This document shows positions 23,701-33,500 of a stretch of 64,000 nucleotides of DNA, piece by piece. The DNA comes from Auanema rhodensis (taxonomy: Eukaryota > Animalia > Nematoda), in contig OZ059894.1 of the NCBI GenBank assembly GCA_964057225.1, forward strand, positions 17,298,001-17,362,000. The letters are read 5' to 3'. Position 1 is the first letter of the stretch; every line of letters begins with the position of its first letter. Both the position numbers and the translations under genes were made by a program. Below the pieces are notes generated by a model. The model had not been told where the DNA came from, searched no databases, and was given only the letters and a program-made list of their open reading frames with translations.

Positions 23701-26700
23701 CCAAAAATATTAGGCATTAAACATTATTCAGATAAAGACATTTTTTCGATAAACGGAGTAGCGGCTCCCCTTTTACTGCATTTCAAACTACTACTACGCC
23801 AAGTAATGAATGGGTCTATAGACTGGAAAGAACAAGTGCCAAGCGATGTGGTCAATAGCTGGAATACAGTCAGTAATAAAATAGGAACAGCTACGATTCA
23901 GATTCCACGAAAGCTGACAGATACATCAGAATGCCGAGAGATTTGGATATTTGTAGACGCTAGTGTACTAGCTATTGCTGCATGTGCCTTCTGCACATCA
24001 CCTACAACACGGAGTCCCCTGGTCATGGGTAAGATTAAATTAGCTCCAAAAAACAGAACATTGACAATTCCACGTTTGGAAATGTCTGCGATTCTCATAG
24101 GTATGAAAATGGCCGAAACCATACACAACAATTTACCAACACATGAGGTCTCCATCAACATCGCTTCCGACAGCCAGATAGCTTTATCTTGGCTGTTCAC
24201 TAAAAAGAATATACCTGTGTTCGTAAGCAATTTACGCCAGAATACTGACCAAATTGCAAGAAAATTAGAGCTAAAAGGAGCCAATATAACGTATCACTAC
24301 GTGGACACGGATCATAATCCGGCAGACATAGGCACTAGAGGCACCACTGATATTGCCCTTCTTAAGGACAAATGGCTTTTTTCTCCTGGTTGGCTATTAA
24401 ATAAGAACGATAGACCAGCAAAGGAATTCAGAGCACCCTTAGAAGAAGAAGAACCTTCAATGCTTATACTACCAGTCACCACAAACAATCCTGTATTAGA
24501 CAATCTTTTAGGCAAACGCAACAAAACGCCAACATCATATTTATTAAAAGCAGCAACAACAGAATGGCAAGTATCCCAGTTTATTAACACAACCGCTGAG
24601 ATACTGCTTATAAAAGAAGCTCAGACTCATCTTTCAAATTCATATAAAAAACAATTTCGATTAAAACAGGATGGGAATGGACTAATCTGCATACAGACTC
24701 GGTTCACCAATTCATCACTTCCAACAAAAACTAAGTTTCCATATCTTCTTCCCAAAAAATCTACTTTAGGTAAACTCATTCTTATGTTCCTACACAGGAC
24801 GAATGGTCATGCCGGAGTTAGCCAATTACTGTACCTCTTTATGACAAGGTTCTTCATGACAGCGGCTAGACAAGTATGCAAATCAATAATAAAAAGATGT
24901 GTGCCATGTCAAAAGACTCTAAGTAACCCATTTTCAATAGAATACTTTGCCCCGTTACCGGAGGACAGAGTGACAACAGCCATGCCATTTAGACATACGG
25001 GCCTTGATTGCATAGGTCCCATAAAATTCAGAAAAAATCAGCATATATACGTTGTGATATTCACCTGCCTTACTATTAGAGCCGTCCATTTAGAACCAAT
25101 TAATGACATGAGTTCGAACTCTTTTATCAATGCCTTCATTCGATTTGTAGCGCGGAGAGGTTTACCGCATGTTCTACGATCAGACAACGGGGCCAATTTC
25201 ACTCATGCGGCCAAAATAATTCACACATTAGAGGAACATAGTAGGGAACACCAGACTAATTTTATCAACTATATACAAAATCACAATATCACATGGATAT
25301 TAAACACTCCCAGCGCTCCCTGGACTGGTGGGGTTTGGGAGAGATTAGTTGCTATTACAAAGAATGCACTTGTGAAAACACTATCACTTAAGTTAATAGA
25401 AAAAGACCAACTAGTTACAGCAATAATTAAAATAGAAGGAATCATGAACTCACGGCCCATCACGTATACAGATTCCGAGAATTTTCACGAGAATCCACTA
25501 ACGCCAGCAGATTTTTTAACTCATGGCTCCCCCATACTCATACCAGTTGATAATGTAGACAGTTTAGGTAACAGACTCGACCTACCCAACACGATCGCAA
25601 GCAACAAACAAGCGTTTGAAAATTTACAGAAAATCAAAATAATAGCCGAAGCATTCTGGAACACATGGTCACACGAATATCTTCTTACTTTAAGGCATGC
25701 ACATGCATCAAGGAAAATGGGGCGCCATAACTTGCGACACCCATATCACAACGAAATAGTACTTGTAGAAGAGGACCATACAAATAGGAACAATTGGAAT
25801 ATGGCTAGGGTAATCGAACTAATTCATTCTTCAGACAAAGTAGTTCGGACCGCCAAGATAAAAACAGGTAGCGGTAAGATATTGACAAAACCAGTAGAGC
25901 GATTATACCCTTTAGAACTTTTTGATGAATTCACAGAAACTCAGCGAAAAACCGCACATATTAACCATGCCACCTATTCAACACACCCAAACACAAGGCA
26001 TACAAATACGAATTTCTTGACTAATATCATGAAATTCTTATTATTAATACAACTATTTCTTGTCGCCACAGCTGAGCCATTATTCACCTGCTCATACTCT
26101 CATATACTATTTCCCGCACAAACAAAACCATCGACATTTTGTATTAATGGGGACTGTCATGATTTACCAGCCAACCAATCAAAAGATATTCAACTTCAAG
26201 TGTCTGTAATTCCAAAAACTACAGCAGTTACTCGCTACGACAAAGATAGGCGGCAATCTCAGATTTGTCATCTCCCCCACCCCTGCGATTTTCCTCCACC
26301 TGCGTTATTGCATATAATAGGCAACCCACATTGTAACCCTTTCTTAGCTATTTTGATAGCTCTTACTCCAATAATAGGCTGCGCTCTTTTTTGCATTATC
26401 GGGGGCCTAATCTATAAAAAATTAAAAACACACCGCCAACAGCACACAATTTCGTACATCCCTTCTCTCTTATTCGCAATCTTTTATCTCACATGCCAAG
26501 CGCAAGCTTGTGGATCCCCCAACGCGCACAAAAACATAGAATTCTTTTGCGACGATTTACACAATTGCACAAAAATAACCAACGAAGAAATTTCATTCAA
26601 TCCCCTACAAAACTCTCTTTGCTCCTACATAAAATATCAAAACTCCACTATAGGCAAACTAGAAATTCAAATAATTCAGCAAAAATTTTTATGTCAAAAA

Positions 26701-28404
26701 GTTTCCCAAGGATTTACTCGCATTACTAACCTAACTATCCACTCCTCTCATAGATGCGCCGGTACAACTCACTGCCCATGGGGCACCGGATGCAATGATA
26801 TCGGACAGGATACTTTCGTAGCCGAACTACATTCAGCTTACGAAAATCCTGGAAGAACCTTCTGCACCAGAGCCGGAGGAGGCCTATTCAACAGCTGTGG
26901 ACTTCCTATAGAAGGATGCATTTTATTTAGGCCAACTTATCAGCCCGAAAACGAAGAAGTATACGAAGAAATTAAATGCATACAATGGAAACAGGAAGTG
27001 CAAGCAAAATTATTAATCACATACCTCAATAACACTCACCAATACGATATTTTCCTACAACCCTACCGAAAATATGAGTTTCACGGAATTTCATTACAGA
27101 TTTCGTCGGTTACAACAAAAGCAACGACGGAACTATACAACAAAATTTTTCTCACATCTGAGACTAAAAGCTACATGATACCGGAACAAATAAAACCAGC
27201 GGTAATATGCAGCAATGCACGAATCGCAGCAGATAAGTTTAATGCATGCCACATACGAAAGCCTTGCCCATGTTTGGGGGCCGCAGCGCAGCTCTCTTGC
27301 AATTGCGATTCAGCAACACAAAGAGAACTGAAAAAATATAAACTTCCACAAATTAATACAAATTATAGAATCACAAAAGAAGCAGGAACAATAACTGTTT
27401 TATCACAAATGGAAGAATCAACGCTCACAATGGAAAACCCGCAATTTAGCATCGAAAGCTTATATACTAATAGACATCCTTGTTCTTCAGATTTTCAAAT
27501 GTTAACAGGATGCTACAAATGCAGAGAAGGAACAACGCTGAATATTACATGTGAAACAAAGGACGAACTGAATGCCATTCTGAACTGCGACTCCTTTTCT
27601 ACTACAATACGATGCTCTGACCAAAATCCCGCCACAACGGTCAAACTATATTTCAATGAACCCAAAGTACAAGAAAACTGTACTCTGACTTGCGGACGAG
27701 CAACAAAACAAATTATACAGCTAAGTACCAGACTACACTACATAAGCGACACTACCATTTTTTCAGAAGAATCGATCAAACTACATAATGGAACATCCGG
27801 ACTATCATGGAATCTCCCGAATTTGGAACCGCTTTTCGACGTCATCCATGATAATTGGAAATGGATAGTACCTGCCGTAGCTGCAATCACTGCAGGTTCA
27901 TACTTATTATACATAGCAGCCCCATTCCTTACATCATTACTTCTTCCTGCTATACTCTCTTATTGCTGTGTGAGAAACTCAAACCGCAACCCTCGCCCGG
28001 CAATGTCGGCGAATGCCTGACTAGAAATGAAATACAATAATTTAACCTAGAAACATAACTCTTCTGAAACTCTAAACCATTGTCTAATAACCTTGTAATT
28101 GTATCATTAACCTCTTGCGCAACATTCTTAAAGGATATTGAACTTTTATCACCTCTATAGTTTACATTGACCTGACCTTTGTATTCAAATATCAAATATC
28201 ACCTTCAAGCTGAATCATATATAAAGCCCAAGAAACCTTCACTCTCACTCTTAATTTAATTCTACCACTGAACTTATACCGATCTTATAATAAACCTTTC
28301 TCATTTAACCAACTGTTCGGATTCGCCACTAACTCATATTATCCCCATTAAACGGGGAACAACCGAGTATAGACGCTCGTCATTGCGAACATTAAAAACC
28401 CAAA
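20706..28404 (+). mobile_element. Structurally complete BEL/Pao (belpaovirus) element D with envelope, inserted in the tRNA A-box; TSD TGGTC
   Basis: 401-bp LTRs 20706-21106 and 28004-28404 (4 mismatches counted by eye); PBS TGGTGCAACGACC at 21108-21120; TSD at 20701-20705 and 28405-28409. Confidence 0.96.
21298..28020 (+). CDS. Single-ORF Gag-protease-RT-RNase H-integrase-envelope polyprotein (phlebovirus Gn/Gc-like env)
   Basis: PTFNGD (DUF1759), three Cys-His knuckles, FDPGA, CDIEGAF, YVDN, FVDAS, HxxxxH...CxxC, DCIGP/SDNGANF/GGVWE; signal-like MKFLLL at 26029; Cys-rich Gc-like HRCAG...PGRTFCT...GC; C-terminal TM; stop lies inside the 3' LTR. No ATG at the 5' end. Confidence 0.93.
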   Translation: MKPPQLSIPTFNGDNKTFPTFWRQFKTLIHQDPDLNNRQKSIYLAEALKGSARVHLENKPLDGTAYERIISTLKTTYAPKLKVDYRIHDELVKLPPAKNDPMSVRSRVNEIRALLDQLETDTLYNSQDPAWVKLITTKFPIDIINMLCWRSSRATSIKQLLRNIEETADSMENFSIYSSKSPFIPQYHAQTNSISPLKHNSHITAVTKTERPCVFCDQNGHRSAKCLTIHNPQQRRDIIKQKNRCWICFSPTHTSTKCTFDKCKICNRDHHPSLCLPPALSKSSNKKATMGINCSISQSTHTPPSPAYLMTSKVSIFNPHTGKFHTKLLFFDPGATQSFIYEPAAKECQLKTLNSQLITATGFSGSCEAFNSLTVEASLRTPFGKNIILTLLTSPKPLTGKLKSCQLSLKDKKALEQSNITITNQLVDGELFIPDILLGMDWCDTIIHDTKPTILPSGLKVKHTQIGPCIYGKQIPNDNIAAINTLIVNPVIPEDVMIKQLFEIDNSGISPHEGALNRSELFFNEYTSLIKFDKGFVMAPLPLKSNATKIQSNRSMALATLNRLQKSLKEEHNQLQHYHQTIMRYIEEGVVEQVPLTSENSLLYYMPHRGVWKPNKSKPLRVVFNASAKQKGQLSLNDVTETGESFNNKIIDILIGIRIKKYFLMCDIEGAFTQIRITNDHKDLCRFLWLRDPHKGTTPDNILELRFNRLAFGITASPSILNMSLYAFLQSLESHLVPETLRYLYVDNIFYTTNSSEDLHSIYEESKQIFSRISMNIREYYSNYTNFNSTVPDKDKHPDLNPKILGIKHYSDKDIFSINGVAAPLLLHFKLLLRQVMNGSIDWKEQVPSDVVNSWNTVSNKIGTATIQIPRKLTDTSECREIWIFVDASVLAIAACAFCTSPTTRSPLVMGKIKLAPKNRTLTIPRLEMSAILIGMKMAETIHNNLPTHEVSINIASDSQIALSWLFTKKNIPVFVSNLRQNTDQIARKLELKGANITYHYVDTDHNPADIGTRGTTDIALLKDKWLFSPGWLLNKNDRPAKEFRAPLEEEEPSMLILPVTTNNPVLDNLLGKRNKTPTSYLLKAATTEWQVSQFINTTAEILLIKEAQTHLSNSYKKQFRLKQDGNGLICIQTRFTNSSLPTKTKFPYLLPKKSTLGKLILMFLHRTNGHAGVSQLLYLFMTRFFMTAARQVCKSIIKRCVPCQKTLSNPFSIEYFAPLPEDRVTTAMPFRHTGLDCIGPIKFRKNQHIYVVIFTCLTIRAVHLEPINDMSSNSFINAFIRFVARRGLPHVLRSDNGANFTHAAKIIHTLEEHSREHQTNFINYIQNHNITWILNTPSAPWTGGVWERLVAITKNALVKTLSLKLIEKDQLVTAIIKIEGIMNSRPITYTDSENFHENPLTPADFLTHGSPILIPVDNVDSLGNRLDLPNTIASNKQAFENLQKIKIIAEAFWNTWSHEYLLTLRHAHASRKMGRHNLRHPYHNEIVLVEEDHTNRNNWNMARVIELIHSSDKVVRTAKIKTGSGKILTKPVERLYPLELFDEFTETQRKTAHINHATYSTHPNTRHTNTNFLTNIMKFLLLIQLFLVATAEPLFTCSYSHILFPAQTKPSTFCINGDCHDLPANQSKDIQLQVSVIPKTTAVTRYDKDRRQSQICHLPHPCDFPPPALLHIIGNPHCNPFLAILIALTPIIGCALFCIIGGLIYKKLKTHRQQHTISYIPSLLFAIFYLTCQAQACGSPNAHKNIEFFCDDLHNCTKITNEEISFNPLQNSLCSYIKYQNSTIGKLEIQIIQQKFLCQKVSQGFTRITNLTIHSSHRCAGTTHCPWGTGCNDIGQDTFVAELHSAYENPGRTFCTRAGGGLFNSCGLPIEGCILFRPTYQPENEEVYEEIKCIQWKQEVQAKLLITYLNNTHQYDIFLQPYRKYEFHGISLQISSVTTKATTELYNKIFLTSETKSYMIPEQIKPAVICSNARIAADKFNACHIRKPCPCLGAAAQLSCNCDSATQRELKKYKLPQINTNYRITKEAGTITVLSQMEESTLTMENPQFSIESLYTNRHPCSSDFQMLTGCYKCREGTTLNITCETKDELNAILNCDSFSTTIRCSDQNPATTVKLYFNEPKVQENCTLTCGRATKQIIQLSTRLHYISDTTIFSEESIKLHNGTSGLSWNLPNLEPLFDVIHDNWKWIVPAVAAITAGSYLLYIAAPFLTSLLLPAILSYCCVRNSNRNPRPAMSANA

Positions 28405-28469
28405 TGGTCTAGTGGTATGATTATCGCTTAGGGTGCGAGAGGTCCCGGGATCGATCCCCGGCTCGGCCC
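28405..28469 (+). pseudogene. 3' part (nt 8-72) of the tRNA-Pro gene split by element D
   Basis: Resumes with the duplicated TGGTC. Confidence 0.9.
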
Positions 28470-28644
28470 ATGTTTTAACATTTTTTTTCGAGAAGTGTAC
28501 TTCTTCTTAGTATTTAGTTGAAGTTCTCTTGAAATTCAATTAATTTTGAGCTTGAGTGTTCACCTATAGATATCAGATTAATAATATTCAGTTGAAAATA
28601 ACTATGTAAAAGTAGGAGGTTCATCGTAGTGAATAGATATTTTA

Positions 28645-28716
28645 GACTGAGTGGTCTAGTGGTATGATTCTCGCTTAGGGTGCGAGAGGTCCCGGGATCG
28701 ATCCCCGGCTCGGCCC
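28645..28716 (+). tRNA. tRNA-Pro(AGG) with altered acceptor stem (possible pseudogene)
   Basis: 5' end is GACTGAG instead of GGCCGAG; the rest is consensus. Confidence 0.7.
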
Positions 28717-28779
28717 ACGTTTTAACATTTTTTTTCGAGAAGTGTACTTCTTCTTATTATTTAGTTGAAGTTCTCTTGA

Positions 28780-29997
28780 TTAGAATAAAGGAATAGATTT
28801 TGTGGTCTACAGCTGTGAGCATTTCTTTAGTGGAGTGATAATTGTTCGGATGAATGAGAACATCTTCAACGATGTGGTAAGGGAATTTGTTAAAGATCAT
28901 AGCGGCACACATTTCGCGGGATACCGTAGCTCCGGCTGCTTCAATCTGATAAGTGCCTTGGTTTCCCCGAAGGTTTCCTTACATGATTTTGCATTATTGC
29001 TTGCAAATCTTAAATTGCGTAGTTGTGCTAAGAGAGAGTTTATATCGGAGAAATAATCTCCAAATTCACAAACTAATTCTTCTCGCATGAGCTCATAGTT
29101 TTGGGTAGAGGGTTCAATTCCTCTTATTGCTATTTGTGAATTGCCTTTAATGCTCTCGCAGAGCAGATTGACCTTTTCTAAGATCGTAAATTGTTCATTA
29201 TCATGAACTAATCTATTGAAACGGCCCCAGAACGATTTGAAGTTCTTTGGTTTGCCATCAAATGTCGGTAGCGACATTGTTGGTTTTTGAATGTTAGTTT
29301 GTTGGGTGTGTAGGAAAGTTTTGATAAGTTCCAGAAAATGATCATTTGCTTTGCTCTCTGTTTCATTGTTTTCCGCTGAGCAATTGCTGTTGCTCTCAGA
29401 TTCATTCTTATGCAGGGTTTTTCTCAGCTTTCTAAGTATGCGTTTGTTCGTTTAATGCTTATATTCCTTTTTCTTTCTTTTTGGTGTGACTTGACGTGGT
29501 CTAATGATTGCCACGATTTTTATCAAGTATGTTTTTTGCTCAAACACGCTTGGTTTGAGTTGTATCTTACCTGCCACGCGGGACTTAAAGCGGCTAAGAT
29601 CTAAACTAGCCGATGCACCAATTTGTGGCGTTATACCGCAAGGGTAGAGAATGGTTTATGAGTAGAACACAAACGAATAAGTAGAAGAAGGTTTATTGAT
29701 AAACTTAACAAGACAAGCACGGAATAAAATCACTGGCTGCGATCGTTGAAGATGTAAGAGTGCTTGTAATTTTTGGGCGGTTCTTGGCCTGAATTAAAGT
29801 GTTACTTACGCCACATGTGAACACATATGGTGTGCAAAATGTTTTAATGCAGATTCAAAGGAAGAAGATGAAGAAAGAAAAACAGAGAGAGAAAAAGAGA
29901 GAGAGATAGATAGATAGAGAGAAAAAGGGAGAGAGAGAGAAAAAGAAAGAAACAAAAAAGAAACAAACAAACGAAAACTTACTCGCTTATCGCGACA
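28780..29997 (-). mobile_element. 5' fragment of BEL/Pao element E: LTR (29622-29997), tRNA-Gly PBS, truncated gag
   Basis: Minus strand begins TGTCGCGATAAG; pyrimidine-rich microsatellite in the LTR; ...CAAA-T-TGGTGCATCGGC; DUF1759-like LPTFDGKPKNFKSFWGRF at 28897-29277. Confidence 0.88.
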
Positions 29998-30104
29998 CTG
30001 ATATCCATAGGTGAATACTCAAGCTCAAAATTAATTGAATTTCGAGAGAACTTCAACTAAATAATAAGAAGAAGTACACTTCTCGAAAAAAAATGTTAAA
30101 ACAT

Positions 30105-30176
30105 GGGCCGAGCCGGGGATCGATCCCGGGACCTCTCGCACCCTAAGCGAGAATCATACCACTAGACCACTCGGCC
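30105..30176 (-). tRNA. tRNA-Pro(AGG)
   Basis: Consensus copy in a 247-bp unit. Confidence 0.95.
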
Positions 30177-30351
30177 TGAAATATCCATTCACTACGATGA
30201 AACTCCTACTTTTCCATATATATTTTTAACTGAATATTATTAATCTGATATCTATAGGTGAATACTAAAGCTCAACATTAATTGAATTTCAAGAGAACTT
30301 CCACTAGATACTAAGAAGAAGTACACTTCTCGAAACAAAATGTTAAAACGT

Positions 30352-30423
30352 GGGCCGAGCCGGGGATCGATCCCGGGACCTCTCGCACCCTAAGCGAGAA
30401 TCATACCACTAGACCACTCGGCC
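30352..30423 (-). tRNA. tRNA-Pro(AGG)
   Basis: Consensus copy; last unit of the array. Confidence 0.95.
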
Positions 30424-30503
30424 TGAAATATCCATTCACTACGATGAACCTCCTACTTTTACATAATTATTTTCAACTGAATATTATTAATCTTAATCTA
30501 ATC

Positions 30504-33500
30504 TTTATAAATAATTTTATTCTGGAATTATGAACTGATTTAGATCATATCTTTTCTTCTCCATTCCCTGGTAATCAGCTTTGTTGGTATGATCGCTGAT
30601 GCAAATGAGGCAGGAAATAGAGCAGATATAGCTTTAAAGCTGACTGAAGCTGTCTATAGAAGAACAGAACTGGAAACCTTAAAAGATCGACAAGTAAATA
30701 GTTTTATATATTATATATCTTAGTATTCAAAAGTTAAATTATTTAACAAATGTTTTTGTTATTTCAGGAACAACTTTTACTATCAGTTATACCTGCATAT
30801 TTAGCAGACAAAGTCTCTAAGTCAATTGTACAATCTAGTAGTGCAAATCGAATGAATTTCAAACATCATAAATTGTTTCATGATTTACATGTTCAAGTGC
30901 ATGACAATGTCAGGTAAACAGAATTAATAATAATTTTGAATTATTATAAATCTATTTAAGTATTCTTTTTGCCGATATTGTTAATTTCACTGTGTTAGCT
31001 GCACAGTTAACTGCCAAAGATCTTGTTCGAACGCTCAATGAGTTGTACAGTAAATTCGATCGTGATGCTCAAGTATCTTTAAAGGAAATTCCGATGAAAA
31101 CTACGCTTGTTTCAGAGATTGCAATGTATGCGAATTAAGTTTCTTGGTGATTGTTACTACTGTGTAAGTGGAATGCCGGTTAACCGACCAAATCATGCTG
31201 ATATGTGTGTAGTTATGGGGCTCGAAATGATTAAAACTATTAAGTAATTTCTTATTTTTCAAATGTATCTGACAGCAATATTTGCAGGCAGATTCGTTTA
31301 GCAACAGGTGTTGATGTCAATATGAGAATAGGCGTTCATACTGGAAGTGTTTTATGTGGAATCTTAGGATTGCGTAAATGGCAATTCGATATCTGGAGTG
31401 ACGATGTGACTTTGGCGAATCACATGGAATCAGCAGGAGTTCCTGGGTTTGACAGATATTTTCTTGTTCTCAGCACAACGTATATTACATTTAGAGCTGT
31501 GCATATTACTAAGACAACAAAAGATATGCTACTAGGGGATTACTGCATTGTTGATGCAAAGTAAGGTTCATCTGTGAGCAATTGCATCATTTTCGTTCAA
31601 ATTCAGATCAGATGATCCGCACGTATTAGCTTATGGAGAAGCAACATATCATATCTTGCCCGATAAAACATCAATGATCGAAAGAACTGCTTCTATCTAT
31701 AGGAATAGGTTCATTCAAACAGCGTTTTTAATTTTCGTGTGAGCTGTTTTCCAGGAGAAATATCGACTGTAGTCCTGATGAAAAGTCCACTTTATCACCA
31801 TCTGCGGGACCGACGCAAGGAAGAAAAAGCATGAAAGCAAAGGTAAAACGTTGATTTATTTGCTGAAAAATTGTTTTTTTTTCTTTCGAGGTTTCAAAAA
31901 TGGTTGAGTTTTGGGGTGCGGATGCGCCGTTTGCGAACTTCACGCGAAAAAAGTCTTCAACAAGCCACGATCCAAGCACAATCTTAGTGAGGAAGTGTTG
32001 TCAGCTGTGTTGACAACAACCTACGATCTATGATTTCAATCAGGAAAAAAAATATTTTCAGGATGAGACACCGCGAAGACCGCATTTCAGTAATACTATT
32101 CAATCAATGACCCTGATAGAAAATAATTTGACCAATTTCTCCTTGAATAAGTTGACCATTTTAAAGCTTTATGTTAACTTATATATTTTAATTTATAGCA
32201 TTAATAATATTTTTAATTGTCGACATCCAAGAATACAGGTTTCCCCATATCTGCTATGGCCGTTCAGGTAATAATAATCTTATTTTATTAACCAATGCTT
32301 AATAGTAAACTTTAGTTCCAAAGCTACAATTTGCAACATATCTGATTGTATGCTTTTCCTTTTGCTAGCGTTACCTGCAGCTCTGTCTAACTCGCTGATC
32401 TCAAGACTGTATTGCCCGTATGCTTAATCTTGATTTTATATTAATTACTAATGCCATGTTAAGAACTGAAGTCCAACAAACCACAGGTCTTCAACAATTT
32501 TTTTCACTTCTCTTCCTACTTGTTCTGTGCCTTTTCGATCATTTCTGTCCCTATGCTCATGCTCTAATAACTAGCATTTCTTTCTTGGTGTCATCCTTTG
32601 TTACAATAGGACCACATGTAAGTTTTCATAATTTTCCAAAACAATCTTCTCACTTCGTCCAGATTACGATTGCAAAATCGGAGAATGTACAGCCCTTCAC
32701 ATCTTTGGTATTCCTCCCAGGTTTGATTGAATACAGAAGAATTTTCCAATATTTTTCACTTTCAGCCTGTGTTTCACATTTGACTTCTGTATTTTTATTA
32801 TACCGTATACCATATTCATACCGATGCATTCTATTTTCAATTGATTATTTTCTTTTCGTTATACTGTTATCAGTGTTTCCAGTTTACCAAGCAAAACCTG
32901 ACCAGAAGTACTTGAGGTAGTTTGATATCTCTTGATCTAAACTAAAAATTTTTATCAAAAAGTTTCAGCTATCAATTGACAACTGTATTGATCAATCTGA
33001 CGTTTTTATTGGCTTTGCTGTTATTTTTGGATTGGATTGTGAGTCATGAGTACTATTCGAGGGAAAATCTTACATTTCCAACTTCAGACCAATTATGAAC
33101 GAAAAGCTGAATCTGCTTGTCATGTATCTTTCCAAAACGAAGAGCGTGATGTTGAAACAATGCAAGATATCAACAAACTTTTGATTGAAAATATCCTCCC
33201 AAGTACGGTAGCTGAGAAATTCTTGGTTCCAGATCGGCCAATTGAGGTTCAGCTGAGGATTTTCTTGAATATTGCCATCTTTAACACACATCCTTTAAGG
33301 ACTTATATGCTCGTCAACATGATAATGTTTGTGTTATGTTTGCATCGATTCCAAACTTCAAGGATTTTTGGTCTCAATGGGATACATCTAGAAAGCTAGA
33401 ATGTTTACGATTACTTAATGAAATTGTTTGCGAGTTTGATAAGGTTGTACTTCAATAGATTTTCTTTTTTTGTACATTTTCTTTCAGTTATTATCAAAAC

